From an uncultured delta proteobacterium (GTDB lineage Bacteria > Myxococcota_A > Polyangia > Polyangiales > B10-G4): a stretch of DNA of 64,000 nt. A program made the translations under genes and the position numbers. Each line of letters opens with the position of its first letter. Position 1 is the stretch's first letter. Of the stretch, positions 9,283 to 19,419 are shown piece by piece. The DNA is taken from NCBI GenBank assembly GCA_963727445.1, contig CAVSGI010000014.1, forward strand, positions 256,001-320,000. The letters are read 5' to 3'. Below the pieces are notes generated by a model that searched no databases, was not told the DNA's origin, and worked only from the letters and a program-made list of their open reading frames with translations.

Positions 9283-11091
9283 TTGAGCGGTGAGCCCGCA
9301 GCCAAAGAGGGTGCCGACCCCAAAGCCCGCGTACTCGTCGTCGACGACAACGAGGACAACCGGGACATGCTCTCCAGGCGTCTTCGCCGCAAAGGCTACG
9401 AATGTCCGACTGCCCCCGATGGCCAGAGCGCGCTTTCGCGGATCGCAGAAGGCGACATCGACCTCGTCCTGCTCGACGTGATGATGCCCGGGATGAGCGG
9501 GGTGGAGTGCCTGAAGAAGATCCGCGAGGATCACGCCAAGACGCGCCTGCCGGTCATCATGGCGACGGCCAAGACCGACAGTAAGAGCGTGGTCGAGGCC
9601 CTCGCCGGAGGCGCCAACGACTACGTCACCAAGCCCATCGACTTCCCGGTGCTCCTCGCTCGCCTCGAAAGTCAGCTGAGCATTCGCGAGGAGACCGCGG
9701 AGGCCGCCCGCCCTTCGATCGACGTCTCGGGGGGCATCGACACCGGGACCGTCATCGACGACCGATACGAGATCCTGGGGATGGTCGGGCACGGCGGCTT
9801 TGCTGCCGTGTACCGGGCGAAGCAGCTCAGCACGGGACAGACGGTCGCGTTCAAGTGCCTCTCGGCCGAACGGGTCGTCCGCGACCCCTCCACCGTGGAG
9901 GTGCGGCGCTTCGTGCAGGAGATGAACGCGATCGGGAAGATCGATCACCCCAACGTCGTCCGGCTGATCGATTCGGGACGCATCCGTTGCGCACCTGGAA
10001 GCGTCGTGACCGCAGGGGGCGGTTGGTCCGAGTTCGTGGGAGGTAATCCCGACCAGGTCGGCCCTACCGTCGCGAAGACCCCGACCGCCGACCGCCGCAA
10101 GCTCCTCGAGATGGAGGACACCAACGAGCCGGTGAGCGGTCCGCGTCAATCCTCCGTGGAAGTGCTGCCGCCGCGGGAGATCGAGCTTCCCTTCATCGTG
10201 ATGGAGTACCTCGAGGGCAAGACCCTGGCCGGGGTGATCTCCAAGCGGGAATCACTGTCCTGCGAAGAAGCGGTGGATCTGATGCTGCCCATCCTCAGCG
10301 CGCTCTCGGCTGCTCACGACGAGGGGATCGTCCACCGCGACGTCAAGCCGGCGAACATCTTCCTGGTCGAGAACAAGAAGGGGGACATCGTTCCCAAGGT
10401 CCTGGACTTCGGGATCGCGAAGCTGGTGGAGCGCACCGAAGAGCTCACCGTGGACGACTCCTTCATCGGCACGCCGGAGTACATGTCCCCCGAGCAGGGC
10501 CGCGGCGAGCGTGACCTCGATCCCCGCGCCGATCAGTTCTCCGTGGCGGCGATCCTCTACCACTGCATCACCGGCCGGAAGCTCTACACCGCGACCTCGC
10601 TGATCGGCCTGGTCCGAAAGGTGAGCGAAGGCGACTACCGCCCGCCCAGCGACCTCGTCGACGACCCTCTGCCCGAAGGTTTCGAAGACGTGCTCCTGCG
10701 CGCCCTCGACGTGGATCGCACCCGCCGCTTCTCCTCGGTCGTGAGCTTCGGCAAGGCGCTCCTCCCCTTCGCGAGCGAACGGGCGCGTCGCGAGTGGCAG
10801 GACCGTTTCGACACGCCGACCGACCCGCCGCCTCCGGAGCGGCCCCGCCTGATCACCACGCCCGAGACGCCGCGCCCGCGCGTCGATGCGACCGCGCCGA
10901 CGCAAGCGCCCCCGCGCATGAGCAACGCCAGCGCCGCCGTCGCGTTCGACCCCGACACCACCGCGCGGGGGAAGACCCCCTCCAGGGAGCGGACGTCGGT
11001 CGCGCCGGAGCAACCGCCGATGTGGATGTGGGTGGCGCTCCTGGTGGTGCTCGCCGCCCTCGGCTGGGCGGCCTTCAACCTCGGCCTCTAA
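9283..11091 (+). CDS. Response-regulator receiver fused to a Hanks-type Ser/Thr kinase, with a C-terminal TM helix
   Basis: REC: VLVVDD...LLDVMMPG...DYVTKP. Kinase: GHGGFAAVY, VAFK, HRDVKPAN, DFG, GTPEYMSPEQ. Hydrophobic C-terminus. Confidence 0.9.
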   Translation: MSGEPAAKEGADPKARVLVVDDNEDNRDMLSRRLRRKGYECPTAPDGQSALSRIAEGDIDLVLLDVMMPGMSGVECLKKIREDHAKTRLPVIMATAKTDSKSVVEALAGGANDYVTKPIDFPVLLARLESQLSIREETAEAARPSIDVSGGIDTGTVIDDRYEILGMVGHGGFAAVYRAKQLSTGQTVAFKCLSAERVVRDPSTVEVRRFVQEMNAIGKIDHPNVVRLIDSGRIRCAPGSVVTAGGGWSEFVGGNPDQVGPTVAKTPTADRRKLLEMEDTNEPVSGPRQSSVEVLPPREIELPFIVMEYLEGKTLAGVISKRESLSCEEAVDLMLPILSALSAAHDEGIVHRDVKPANIFLVENKKGDIVPKVLDFGIAKLVERTEELTVDDSFIGTPEYMSPEQGRGERDLDPRADQFSVAAILYHCITGRKLYTATSLIGLVRKVSEGDYRPPSDLVDDPLPEGFEDVLLRALDVDRTRRFSSVVSFGKALLPFASERARREWQDRFDTPTDPPPPERPRLITTPETPRPRVDATAPTQAPPRMSNASAAVAFDPDTTARGKTPSRERTSVAPEQPPMWMWVALLVVLAALGWAAFNLGL

Positions 11092-11106
11092 ATTTAGGGC
11101 GCGGCC

Positions 11107-11496
11107 TCAGTCTGCGTCCGAGCCGTGGCCAACGCCGTTCAGGAGCGCTTCCATCTTGCCGAGGAGTCGCTTGAAGTCGACCGGCTTGGTGTCGTAGTCG
11201 TCGCACCCCGCCGCGAGCGCCTTCTGCCGATCGCCGCTCATGGCGTGGGCGGTGAGGGCGATCACCGGGATGTGAGAGGTGGCGGCGTCCGCCTTGAGTT
11301 GGCGCGTGGCTTCCCAGCCGTCGACCTGGGGCAGGCTCATGTCCATGAGCACGAGGTCCGGCTTGTGCTCGCGCGCCATGTCGACCCCTTCGGCGCCGTT
11401 GACCGCGACGAGCACCTCGTAGCTCTTGCGCGAGAGTCTCCGCTTCAACATGTCGCGGTTCAGATCGTTGTCTTCGACGAGCAGGATGCGGGCCAC
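11107..11496 (-). CDS. Single-domain response regulator (DivK/CheY-like)
   Basis: ILLVEDN, LMDMSLP, IPVIALTAHAM, DDYDTKP. Confidence 0.9.
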   Translation of the reverse strand: MARILLVEDNDLNRDMLKRRLSRKSYEVLVAVNGAEGVDMAREHKPDLVLMDMSLPQVDGWEATRQLKADAATSHIPVIALTAHAMSGDRQKALAAGCDDYDTKPVDFKRLLGKMEALLNGVGHGSDAD

Positions 11497-11555
11497 GAGT
11501 CTCGGTCCAGGACTATACCACCGGTGGAGCCGCTCCGACGCGCTAAGCTCCGCCG

Positions 11556-12248
11556 ATGACCCGATCCCGCCGGGTGGAGCTCGAGGAGGCAGCGATCCTC
11601 TACGAGGACGCGTGGGTCCTCGCCGTGAACAAGCCCGCAGGCCTGCCCACCCACGCGACGCGGGACCCGGCGCGCGATCACCTGCTCGCGAGCGCGGCTC
11701 GCCTCCTGACCCGCCGCGGCGAGACCGCCCCCGAGCTCTTCGCCATTCACCGCCTCGACGTCGGCACCTCGGGCGTGGTCCTGCTTTCGCGCCGCCCCGA
11801 AGCCAACGCGCCGCTCTCCCGCGCGTTCGCCGAGCGAGAGGTCGAAAAGCGCTACGAGGCCGTGGTCTGGGCCGGCGATCGCGTGATCCCCGAGCACTTC
11901 GAGGTCAAGCTCTACCTCCGCGCCCGGGGCCGGCGCTCGGAGGTGGTGCGCTCGGGGGGCAAGCCGTCTCACACCGCTTTCGAGCGGCTCGCCCTCGCTG
12001 GTGATCGCGCCTTCGTCGCCTGTCGCCCCACCACGGGGCGGATGCATCAGATCCGCGTCCACCTCGCCCACTTCGGCGCCCCCATCCTCGGCGACCACCT
12101 CTACGGCCACCGCCGCGCCCACGCCGACCGGCTCATGCTCCACGCCCGGAGCCTCGCCCTGCCCCACCCCAGCGGACAGGGAAGGCTCGCGATCGACGCG
12201 CCCACGCCCGAGGCCTTCGGCGCGCTGATCGGGCGCGACCGGCCCTAG
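11556..12248 (+). CDS. RluA-family RNA pseudouridine synthase
   Basis: VNKPAGL, HRLDVGTSG (catalytic Asp), TGRMHQIRVHL, PILGDHLYG, LMLHA. Confidence 0.92.
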   Translation: MTRSRRVELEEAAILYEDAWVLAVNKPAGLPTHATRDPARDHLLASAARLLTRRGETAPELFAIHRLDVGTSGVVLLSRRPEANAPLSRAFAEREVEKRYEAVVWAGDRVIPEHFEVKLYLRARGRRSEVVRSGGKPSHTAFERLALAGDRAFVACRPTTGRMHQIRVHLAHFGAPILGDHLYGHRRAHADRLMLHARSLALPHPSGQGRLAIDAPTPEAFGALIGRDRP

Positions 12249-12484
12249 GCGGCGGCGACGCCGGCTCGCAGGCAGCAGATCCGGTGGATCTCCCGCCGCA
12301 GCAGCCCGAAGCCGTCATGGTGGCAGCGATCGTAGACGTCGCTCGCGAGCAGCAGCGGAATGTCGTCCGCCGCCATGCAAGCGATCCGGCGTGCTTGCGA
12401 ATCCGAGAGGTCACGAACGGCGGACTTGGCGACATGGCGAATGTAGCGCTCGGCATCGGGCTTCATGCGCTGAACAATAGGCAA
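12245..12484 (-). CDS. Small hypothetical protein
   Basis: 79-aa ORF (or shorter, from MKPDAERY) whose stop overlaps the convergent rluA-family stop; no recognisable domain. Confidence 0.35.
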   Translation of the reverse strand: MPIVQRMKPDAERYIRHVAKSAVRDLSDSQARRIACMAADDIPLLLASDVYDRCHHDGFGLLRREIHRICCLRAGVAAA

Positions 12485-12710
12485 CCGGCATACCGGGAAT
12501 AATGCGTGTGATTCCCGTTCGGAGCGCGCGCGCGCCCGCCCGGTTGCGCAGCTCTTGCCCGACCTTTCGGCCCAGGAGCGGGTGGCGACAGTCGTCCCGA
12601 GTCAGCGAGGCGGAGCTTCGAAAGTGGAACATGGAGCGCTCACAGTCCCCAGCCATGGGAGGTGGCCCGCCGAAAACGAAACGACAATTCGTCAGGCACA
12701 CAGATTGCGA

Positions 12711-13058
12711 ATGTTCAGGTGGATGACTGAAGAAGCGGTGGACTGCGAGATCGTGCGCAGCAAGGGATTCGTTCTGTTGGCCTCCAAGGCGCAGCTCCGA
12801 TCCGATGGCGTGGTGCTCTTCACGGAGCAGGAGATCGCCGCAGGCGAGGAGGTCATCGTCTCGGCCTGTCTCACCGACGGAGGCACCTGGGTCGACGCGG
12901 TGGGACGCGTCGTCCACGTCTCGGAGGAGGACGGACGACGCCGCGTGGCGATCGTCTTCGTGCTCATCGACGAGGGCGATCGTCAGCTGGTGGCGGACGA
13001 CGATCTGGAGCGTCTTCTGTCGGAGCCGCCGCCTCCGCCTCCTCTGGTTCTTCATTGA
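12711..13058 (+). CDS. PilZ-like domain protein (degenerate)
   Basis: LRSDGVVL...AGEEVIV...DAVGRVVHV...VAIVFVLID beta-barrel pattern; the RxxxR c-di-GMP motif is not evident. Confidence 0.55.
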   Translation: MFRWMTEEAVDCEIVRSKGFVLLASKAQLRSDGVVLFTEQEIAAGEEVIVSACLTDGGTWVDAVGRVVHVSEEDGRRRVAIVFVLIDEGDRQLVADDDLERLLSEPPPPPPLVLH

Positions 13059-14478
13059 GCGCGCGCCGCGCCCGCGCCGCGAAGCTGGCCATGGCCGGCA
13101 GCGCTGCGGTCGCGAACGCCGCCCAGCTCGGCTGCCCCGCCTCGCGATCGCGGAGCGCGGCGATCGCCCGCACCGCCTCGCCGCCAGCGCCCGCGCGATC
13201 GAGCCCGGCGAGCGCCGCCAGACGGACGCGCACCTCGGGGTGCGCCACCAGCGCGCGCAGGGAGGAGAGCGCGCGCGGATCGCCATGGCCGAGGCGCCCG
13301 AGGGCATAGGCCACCTTCTCGAGCACGTCCACGTGCTCCGAGCCGGCCTCCGCGAGCCAGCACTCGACGTCGCGCGCGCAGCGACGCGAGAGCTCGAGCA
13401 CCGCCATCCGGCTCTCCACCACGCTCCGATCGGAGAGCTCGATCGCCTCGAGGGGCCGCGCCTCGGGGCCGAGGGCGATGGACACCGCTGCATCGAACGC
13501 GAGCACACGCAGGAGCTCCGACGCCCGGCGATCGCGCGCCACACGCTCGAGGAAAGGCAGCGAGCGGGGATCGATGCGCGCGCGCATGGTCGAGAGCAGC
13601 TCCGCCTTCGACTCGAGCGGCGCCGAGGCGTAGCGCGACTCGAGCAGCCCGCGGACCTGCGAGGCTTCGGGCTCGGCGAGGTCGAGATCGGCGAGGGCGA
13701 CCACCGCGGCAATGGAGAGCGCGGGATCACGCCGCCGCGCGACCGCGACCAGACCATCGAAGGCCGATGGGTCGCCCAGGATGCCGAGCGCCGACGACGC
13801 TTCCTCGACGAGGAGCTGATCCGCCCGCAGTTGGCTGTCCGGGCTCTCCTGTCGCAGGGCCACCACGTAAGCGGCGGCCAGCGCCTGTGCCTCTTCGTCC
13901 TGACCCCTGAGCACCCGCAGCAGCGGCTCGACCGCCGGACGGCCGATCGCGGCCAGCGTGCGTGCCGCTACGTCGTCCATGCGCTCGGTCGGATCGGCGC
14001 CGAAGAGGAAGAGGCCTCGGATCGCGGTCGGGATGACGGTGGGATCGTGAAAGGTGCCGAGGCCCTCCATCGCGTCACGGCGCAACTGGAAGGTTGGCTC
14101 GGGGGAGAGGACCACTTCCTCGAGCCACGCGATGGTGCGGGGATCGTGGAGCTGCACCAGATAGTCGAGGAGACGCCCGCGAAATCGGACGTCGTCGACG
14201 GTGCCCCAGACCCGGAGGACGTCGCCGAGGCTCCGGTCCGCGAGGGCACGGATCGATGAAAGGCGCGCCTGTTCGTCGGTGATGCTCGTCGCGCGCGCCA
14301 GCTCCTCTTCGAGGTCGTCGAGCGCTTCGTCCCGGGTGGCGGGATCGTCGAGAGACGGCGGAGCCGGCGCGGGTGCCGGGGCCGGCGCTGGCGGCCGGGC
14401 GATTGGCGCGGGCGCACGCGCAGGGCCGCCGCCACAGGCAAAGGTCAGCAGAAGCACCGTCGCCGCGAGCCGCGTCAT
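12964..14478 (-). CDS. HEAT-repeat lipoprotein
   Basis: Lipobox TFAC, Pro/Ala linker and repeated AxxALGxLGDP HEAT motifs. The 95-nt overlap with the PilZ gene suggests the true stop may be at 13052 (possible indel). Confidence 0.75.
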   Translation of the reverse strand: MTRLAATVLLLTFACGGGPARAPAPIARPPAPAPAPAPAPPSLDDPATRDEALDDLEEELARATSITDEQARLSSIRALADRSLGDVLRVWGTVDDVRFRGRLLDYLVQLHDPRTIAWLEEVVLSPEPTFQLRRDAMEGLGTFHDPTVIPTAIRGLFLFGADPTERMDDVAARTLAAIGRPAVEPLLRVLRGQDEEAQALAAAYVVALRQESPDSQLRADQLLVEEASSALGILGDPSAFDGLVAVARRRDPALSIAAVVALADLDLAEPEASQVRGLLESRYASAPLESKAELLSTMRARIDPRSLPFLERVARDRRASELLRVLAFDAAVSIALGPEARPLEAIELSDRSVVESRMAVLELSRRCARDVECWLAEAGSEHVDVLEKVAYALGRLGHGDPRALSSLRALVAHPEVRVRLAALAGLDRAGAGGEAVRAIAALRDREAGQPSWAAFATAALPAMASFAARARRALNEEPEEAEAAAPTEDAPDRRPPPADDRPRR

Positions 14479-14498
14479 GGCGCGGACGCTATCAGGAA

Positions 14499-14584
14499 AT
14501 CTGCCGGCCCGGTCTTCGTCGACGGCATCCCATGGCTGCCAACCGAGGCGATCAGTCGACGAAGACCGGACCGGAAGGGCAGAT
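14499..14584. repeat. Long intergenic inverted repeat/hairpin
   Basis: ccggcccggtcttcgtcgac (14504-14523) pairs with gtcgacgaagaccggaccgg (14555-14574), with one mismatch. Confidence 0.75.
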
Positions 14585-14927
14585 CGATCCCGCCCTCCGA
14601 ATCCAAGCTAAAGGTTCGGCGATCCGGCTACGGGTCGACTGACGTCGCCCCTTCGCCTTCTCGTCGATGGCCAGGAGGAGTTTCGCCTCGGTTCACTTCG
14701 CGGAGTCCCTCACCCCCGCACCCGCGTGAATGCCCGAGCGCGCGCGGCGTTGCAAGCGTGGATCGACGGCCGCGATCAGAAAAAAGAAACGCGATCCCGA
14801 ACGCGGACACATCACCCGTGATCCGCCGGATCCGAATGTCGTTTCATTTCGATCGCATGCAGCTCGAAGTGGATGAACGTATCCGCCGCGATCCTCTCGG
14901 CGCGCTGACGGATCGCGACGGATCGTT

Positions 14928-16095
14928 TCACCCTTTGACGCACATCACCTGCTTGAGCTCGGCGACGACCTCGACCAGATCCTGCTGGTACGCCATGACC
15001 TGATCGATGTCCTTGTAGGCCCCGGGGATCTCGTCGATGACGGCGTGATCCTTTCGGCACTCGACGCCGTCGGTCTGCTTTCTGAGGTCCTCCACCGAGA
15101 ACTTCCGCTTGGCAGCACCCCGGCTCATGCGACGCCCTGCGCCGTGGGACGCCGAATGAAAAGATTCGGCGTTACCCTTGCCGCGGACGATGTAGGAGCG
15201 GGTGCCCATGGACCCCGGGATGATGCCGAGCTCGCCCCTCGCGCGCGCTGATCGCGCCCTTCCGCGTCACTAACAAATCCTCGCCGAAGTGCGTCTCCTC
15301 GGAGACGTAGTTGTGATGACAGGTGATCGGCTCGTCGAAACGAACGGACTTGAAAGTCTTCTTCATCACTTCCTGGTAGAGCGCGAGCATCACCTCCCGG
15401 TTGGCCTTGGCGTAGCGCTGCGCCCAGAAGAGGTCGCGCCGGTACGCCTCCATCTCCGGAGTCCCGGCGAGGAAGACCGCGAGGTCGCGATCGGGCAGCT
15501 TCTGATTGTGCAGGAGCTTCTTCGCGCGGCCGATGTGGATCTCGGCGAGGGTCTTGCCAATGTTGCGCGAGCCGGAATGGAGCATGAGCCAGACCCGCTG
15601 CTCGGAATCCAGGCAGAGCTCGATGAAGTGATTGCCGCCGCCGAGGGTGCCCATCTGCTTGCGCGCCCGCCCGAGGCGGTCCTGCACCTTCTCGGTCAGA
15701 CCGTGGAAGTCCTTCCAGAGCGGATGCTTCTCGGCCTGTTTGGGAATGCGGTCGTGGCTCGAGAAGCCCACCGGGATCGCCTTCTCGACCCGGCTCCTGA
15801 GGAGCGCCAGGCTGTCCGGGAGGTCCGAAGCCGTGAGGCTGGTGCGCACCGCGGCCATGCCGCAGCCGATGTCGACCCCGACCGCGGCCGGGCAGACCGC
15901 ATCCTTCATGGCGATGACCGACCCGACCGTCGCACCCTTGCCGAAGTGGACGTCCGGCATCACCGCCACGTGCTTGAAGACCCACGGCAGCGCCGCGATG
16001 TTGCGCAGCTGGTCGAGCGCCGAGCTCTCCACCTCCGTGACCTTCGTCCAGAGGTGAACGTCGACGCTTTTTCCCTCGAGCTTGTCGATCGCCAT
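14928..16095 (-). CDS. rtcB: RNA-splicing/repair ligase RtcB (one frameshift near 15240)
   Basis: MPDVHFGKG, GVDIGCG, GTLGGGNHF, HSGSR, HHNY and RKGA in ORF 15172..16134; SMGTRSY, HGAGR and DEIPGAYK in ORF 14928..15209. Confidence 0.92.
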
Positions 16096-16163
16096 GTCGC
16101 GACTCCGTGGTCCACAGGAATGGGTCGCGATCACCCGACGTCAACCGAGATAATCGACGAAGC

Positions 16164-17739
16164 ATGAGCGAAGCGCCGGAGCAGGACGATCGAGAGAGCC
16201 TGAGCGCGCTCCGGGACACGCCCCTCAGGCGCCTGGTCCGCGCGCTCGAGGGCGACCCACCCGCGACCTACGACATCACTCGCACAGCCATCGCCCGCGG
16301 CATCTCGCTCATCTACCTCTGCGCGTTCGTCGTCGCCCTGAACCAGGCGGTCCCTCTCATCGGCGAGGGCGGGATCCTCCCCGCGAGCTGGTACCTGGAC
16401 GATTCTGCGCTTCCATTTCGGCTCGAGCGTCGCCGGGTTCTTTCAGCGCCCTTCCCTCTTCTGGATCTCCGCCTCCGACACGATGCTCCGCGCCGTCTCC
16501 GCCCTCGGCGTTGGCCTCGCGCTTCTTTCGCTGATCGGCGCGAGCCACCCCCTGCTCTTCTTCGCGCTGTGGCTGCTGCAACTGTCCTTCGTCCACGTCG
16601 GCCAGGTCTTCTGGGGCTACGGTTGGGAGACGCTGCTCCTCGAGGCGGGCTTCCTCGCCATCTTCCTCTACCCACTCCGCGGCATCCGACCTCTGTCACG
16701 GGCGCGCGGCCCGGTCGCCATGATCTGGCTCTACCGCTGGCTCCTCTTCCGGGTGATGTTCGGCGCCGGGCTGATCAAGCTCCGCGGCGATCCGTGCTGG
16801 GCCGAGCTCACGTGCCTCGACTTCCACTTCGCGACGCAGCCGATCCCCAACCCGCTGACGCCCTTCTTCGTCGACCTGCCGCATTGGGCGCTCGCCGGCG
16901 GCGTCGTCTTCAACCACTTCGTCGAGCTGGTGGTGCCCTTCATGTACTTCGGGCCGCGGCGCGTCCGGACCTTCGCCGGCCTCGCGACCATCGCCTTTCA
17001 GGGCGTGCTGATCCTCAGCGGCAACCTCTCCTGGCTCAACTGGCTGACCATCTTCATCGCGCTGTCGTGCTTCGACGACCAGACGCTCGGGCGGCTGGTC
17101 CCGCGGCGCCTCGGCCTTCGCGACGCGAGCCGGCCCGAGCCATCGGTGCTGCACCGGCGCGTGGTGCGGGGCCTGGTGGTGCTGATCGTGCTGCTCTCCA
17201 TCGGCCCCACGGTGAATCTGTTGTCCTCGCGCCAGATGATGAACGCCTCCTTCGACCGGCTTCACCTGGTGAACACCTACGGCGCCTTCGGCAGCGTCAA
17301 TCGCATCCGTCACGAAGTGGTGATCGAAGGCACCTCGGGCGACGCCGACGCGCCCGACTCCGAATGGCACGCATGGGAGCTACCCTGCAAGCCCGGGGAC
17401 CCGAACGTCGTGCCCTGCATCGTGAGCCCCTACCACCGGCGTCTGGACTGGCAGCTCTGGTTCGCGGCCCTCAGCGACTATCAGCACGAGCCCTGGATCG
17501 TGCGCCTCGCCTGGCTCCTCGCTTCCGGCCGCAAGGAACCGCTGCCGCTCTTCGCCAACGATCCCTTCCCTGACGCGCCGCCGCGCTTCGTGCGCGTCCG
17601 CCTCTTCGAATACGAGCTCACCGGCGACTTCGGCCCGACTTGGTATCGCCGCGAGCCGGTCGCCGAATACCTGCGCCCCTTCTCCGCTGACGATCCCGAA
17701 GTGCTGAGCTACCTGGAGATGATGGGCCTCGTGCGCTGA
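16164..17739 (+). CDS. Lipase maturation factor (LMF) family membrane protein (frameshifted near 16410-16460)
   Basis: IYLCAF...LIGEGGILP; GQVFWGYGWETLLLEAGF; FRVMFGAGLIK; TQPIPNP; SGNLSWLN; NTYGAFG; PYHRRLDWQLWF. Confidence 0.88.
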
Positions 17740-17751
17740 GACGACTCTCGA

Positions 17752-19419
17752 TCAGAGCGCGCTGATCGCGCGGCCGCCCGCCGACAGCACGATGGTCACC
17801 GCCTCGCGCAGCTCGGAGGTGTCGAAGGGCTTTTCGAGCCGATGCGGCGCGCGCCGCTCGAGAAAGAGACGGGTGTCCGCGGTGAAGGAGCCACCGCTCA
17901 TGAAGACGAAGCGATCGGCGAGCTCGGGGCGCTCCGCCACCGCGCGCTCGAAGAGCTCGATCCCCGTCAGGTCGGGCATGAGGATGTCGCAGAGGATGAC
18001 GTCGAAGTCCCGCGAGGCGATGTGCTTCCACGCCTCCTCGCCGCCGGCGGCGAGCGTCACCTCGTGCGGGCGAAGGACGCGGCGCACGGACTTGCGCACG
18101 TCTGCCTCGTCGTCCACCACCAGGATCCGCGCGACGCCTTCGGCGACCTCGTGACCTGGAGCGCTCGGCGGAGTGACCGTCACCAGCCTCGGTTTGGCCA
18201 CGCGGAGGTCCACCCGGAAGAGCGTGCCCTCGGCGGAGGACTCGACCGAGATCCGCCCGCCGGTCGCGAGGACGATGCTGCGACAGATCGAGAGCCCGAG
18301 ACCGGTACCCACCGTGCGCGACTTCGTCGTGTAGAAGGGCTCGAAGATCCGATCGCGGATGTCTTCCGGGATGCCAGGGCCCGAGTCCCGCACCTCCACC
18401 ACCACGAAGTCGGGCTCCTCCTCCGACCGCCGAGTGACGACCGAGATCTCGTTCTGCGCCACGCGACCGAGCGGCAGGGCCTGCGCTGCGTTGACGAGCA
18501 GATTCAGGAAGACCTGGCCGAGCTTCGCGCTGTCTCCCTGCACCATCGGAACGTCGCCGTAGCGCTTCACGAAGCGCGCGCGGCTGCGGATCTCGGCGCG
18601 CGCAATGGCGGCAGCCGAGTCGATGGCTTCGTGCAGGTCGGCCATCCCCGAGGTCTCGTCCTCGGTCCGCGAAAAGGTCCGAAGCTCCCGAGCGATCCGC
18701 CGCATCCGCCGCGCACCGCTGATCGCGTTGTCGATGGCGTCGCGGAGGTCGACGTCGATGTCGACCTCTCTCTCGAGGAGGGCCAGCTCGTCGGCCACGT
18801 GCTCCAGGTTTGCGAGCACCCAGGTGAGCGGATTGTTGATCTCGTGCGCGACGCCGGCGGCCATCGTGCCCACCGACGCCATGCGCGCGCTGATCTCGAG
18901 CTGCGCCGACATCTTCCGCGTCTGGGTGACGTCGCGGAGCATCGCCAACACCTGCCCGGGCTGCTCCGGCTGGAAACGCACCTCGTAGGTCCGCTCCTCG
19001 CCAGCGCGTGGCACCGCGAAGTGCCACATGCGTCCCACGCCGGTCTCGTTCACCGCCCACACGTGCTCGAGCGCTTCCTCCGCCAGCGCGGGGGGCAGGT
19101 AGGCCCCGAGGTGCTCTCCCACCAGATCCCCCAGCGCGGCGAGGTCGGGGGCACCCGACTGATGCGCGGCCAGGATCTTCCCGCGCGAGTCGATGATGAT
19201 CAGCTCGTCGGGGATACCGCCGAGGAGCGCACGCAGGCGCGCGTTCTGCTCGAGGAGCTCACGGCTGGTGAGCTCGAGGGATCGCTCCGAGAGCGCACGA
19301 TCACGATCGGCCTGGCGGTACGCTTCCTCGACCTTGTCGAGGAACTCCTTCATCTCCTCCGGCACGTCGTCGACCGAGCCGAAGCATCTGCGGAGCTGTC
19401 GCTCGAGCAGCCTGTGCAC
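17752..19419 (-). CDS. Hybrid sensor histidine kinase (PAS-like, HisKA, HATPase, REC)
   Basis: AHEINNPL H-box, QVFLNLLVNA, DSGPGI, FEPFYTTK, GTGLGL, and a C-terminal receiver ILCDILMP. Confidence 0.92.
   Translation of the reverse strand: MHRLLERQLRRCFGSVDDVPEEMKEFLDKVEEAYRQADRDRALSERSLELTSRELLEQNARLRALLGGIPDELIIIDSRGKILAAHQSGAPDLAALGDLVGEHLGAYLPPALAEEALEHVWAVNETGVGRMWHFAVPRAGEERTYEVRFQPEQPGQVLAMLRDVTQTRKMSAQLEISARMASVGTMAAGVAHEINNPLTWVLANLEHVADELALLEREVDIDVDLRDAIDNAISGARRMRRIARELRTFSRTEDETSGMADLHEAIDSAAAIARAEIRSRARFVKRYGDVPMVQGDSAKLGQVFLNLLVNAAQALPLGRVAQNEISVVTRRSEEEPDFVVVEVRDSGPGIPEDIRDRIFEPFYTTKSRTVGTGLGLSICRSIVLATGGRISVESSAEGTLFRVDLRVAKPRLVTVTPPSAPGHEVAEGVARILVVDDEADVRKSVRRVLRPHEVTLAAGGEEAWKHIASRDFDVILCDILMPDLTGIELFERAVAERPELADRFVFMSGGSFTADTRLFLERRAPHRLEKPFDTSELREAVTIVLSAGGRAISAL

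Noticed and set aside
14628..14810. Short ORFs in the region downstream of rtcB
   Set aside because: No convincing RBS or domain; at most a small remnant (EAKLLLAIDEKAKG) in another frame.
15230..15250. Programmed frameshift in rtcB or the pfa genes
   Set aside because: There is no consistent slippery sequence, and similar breaks are scattered through unrelated genes.
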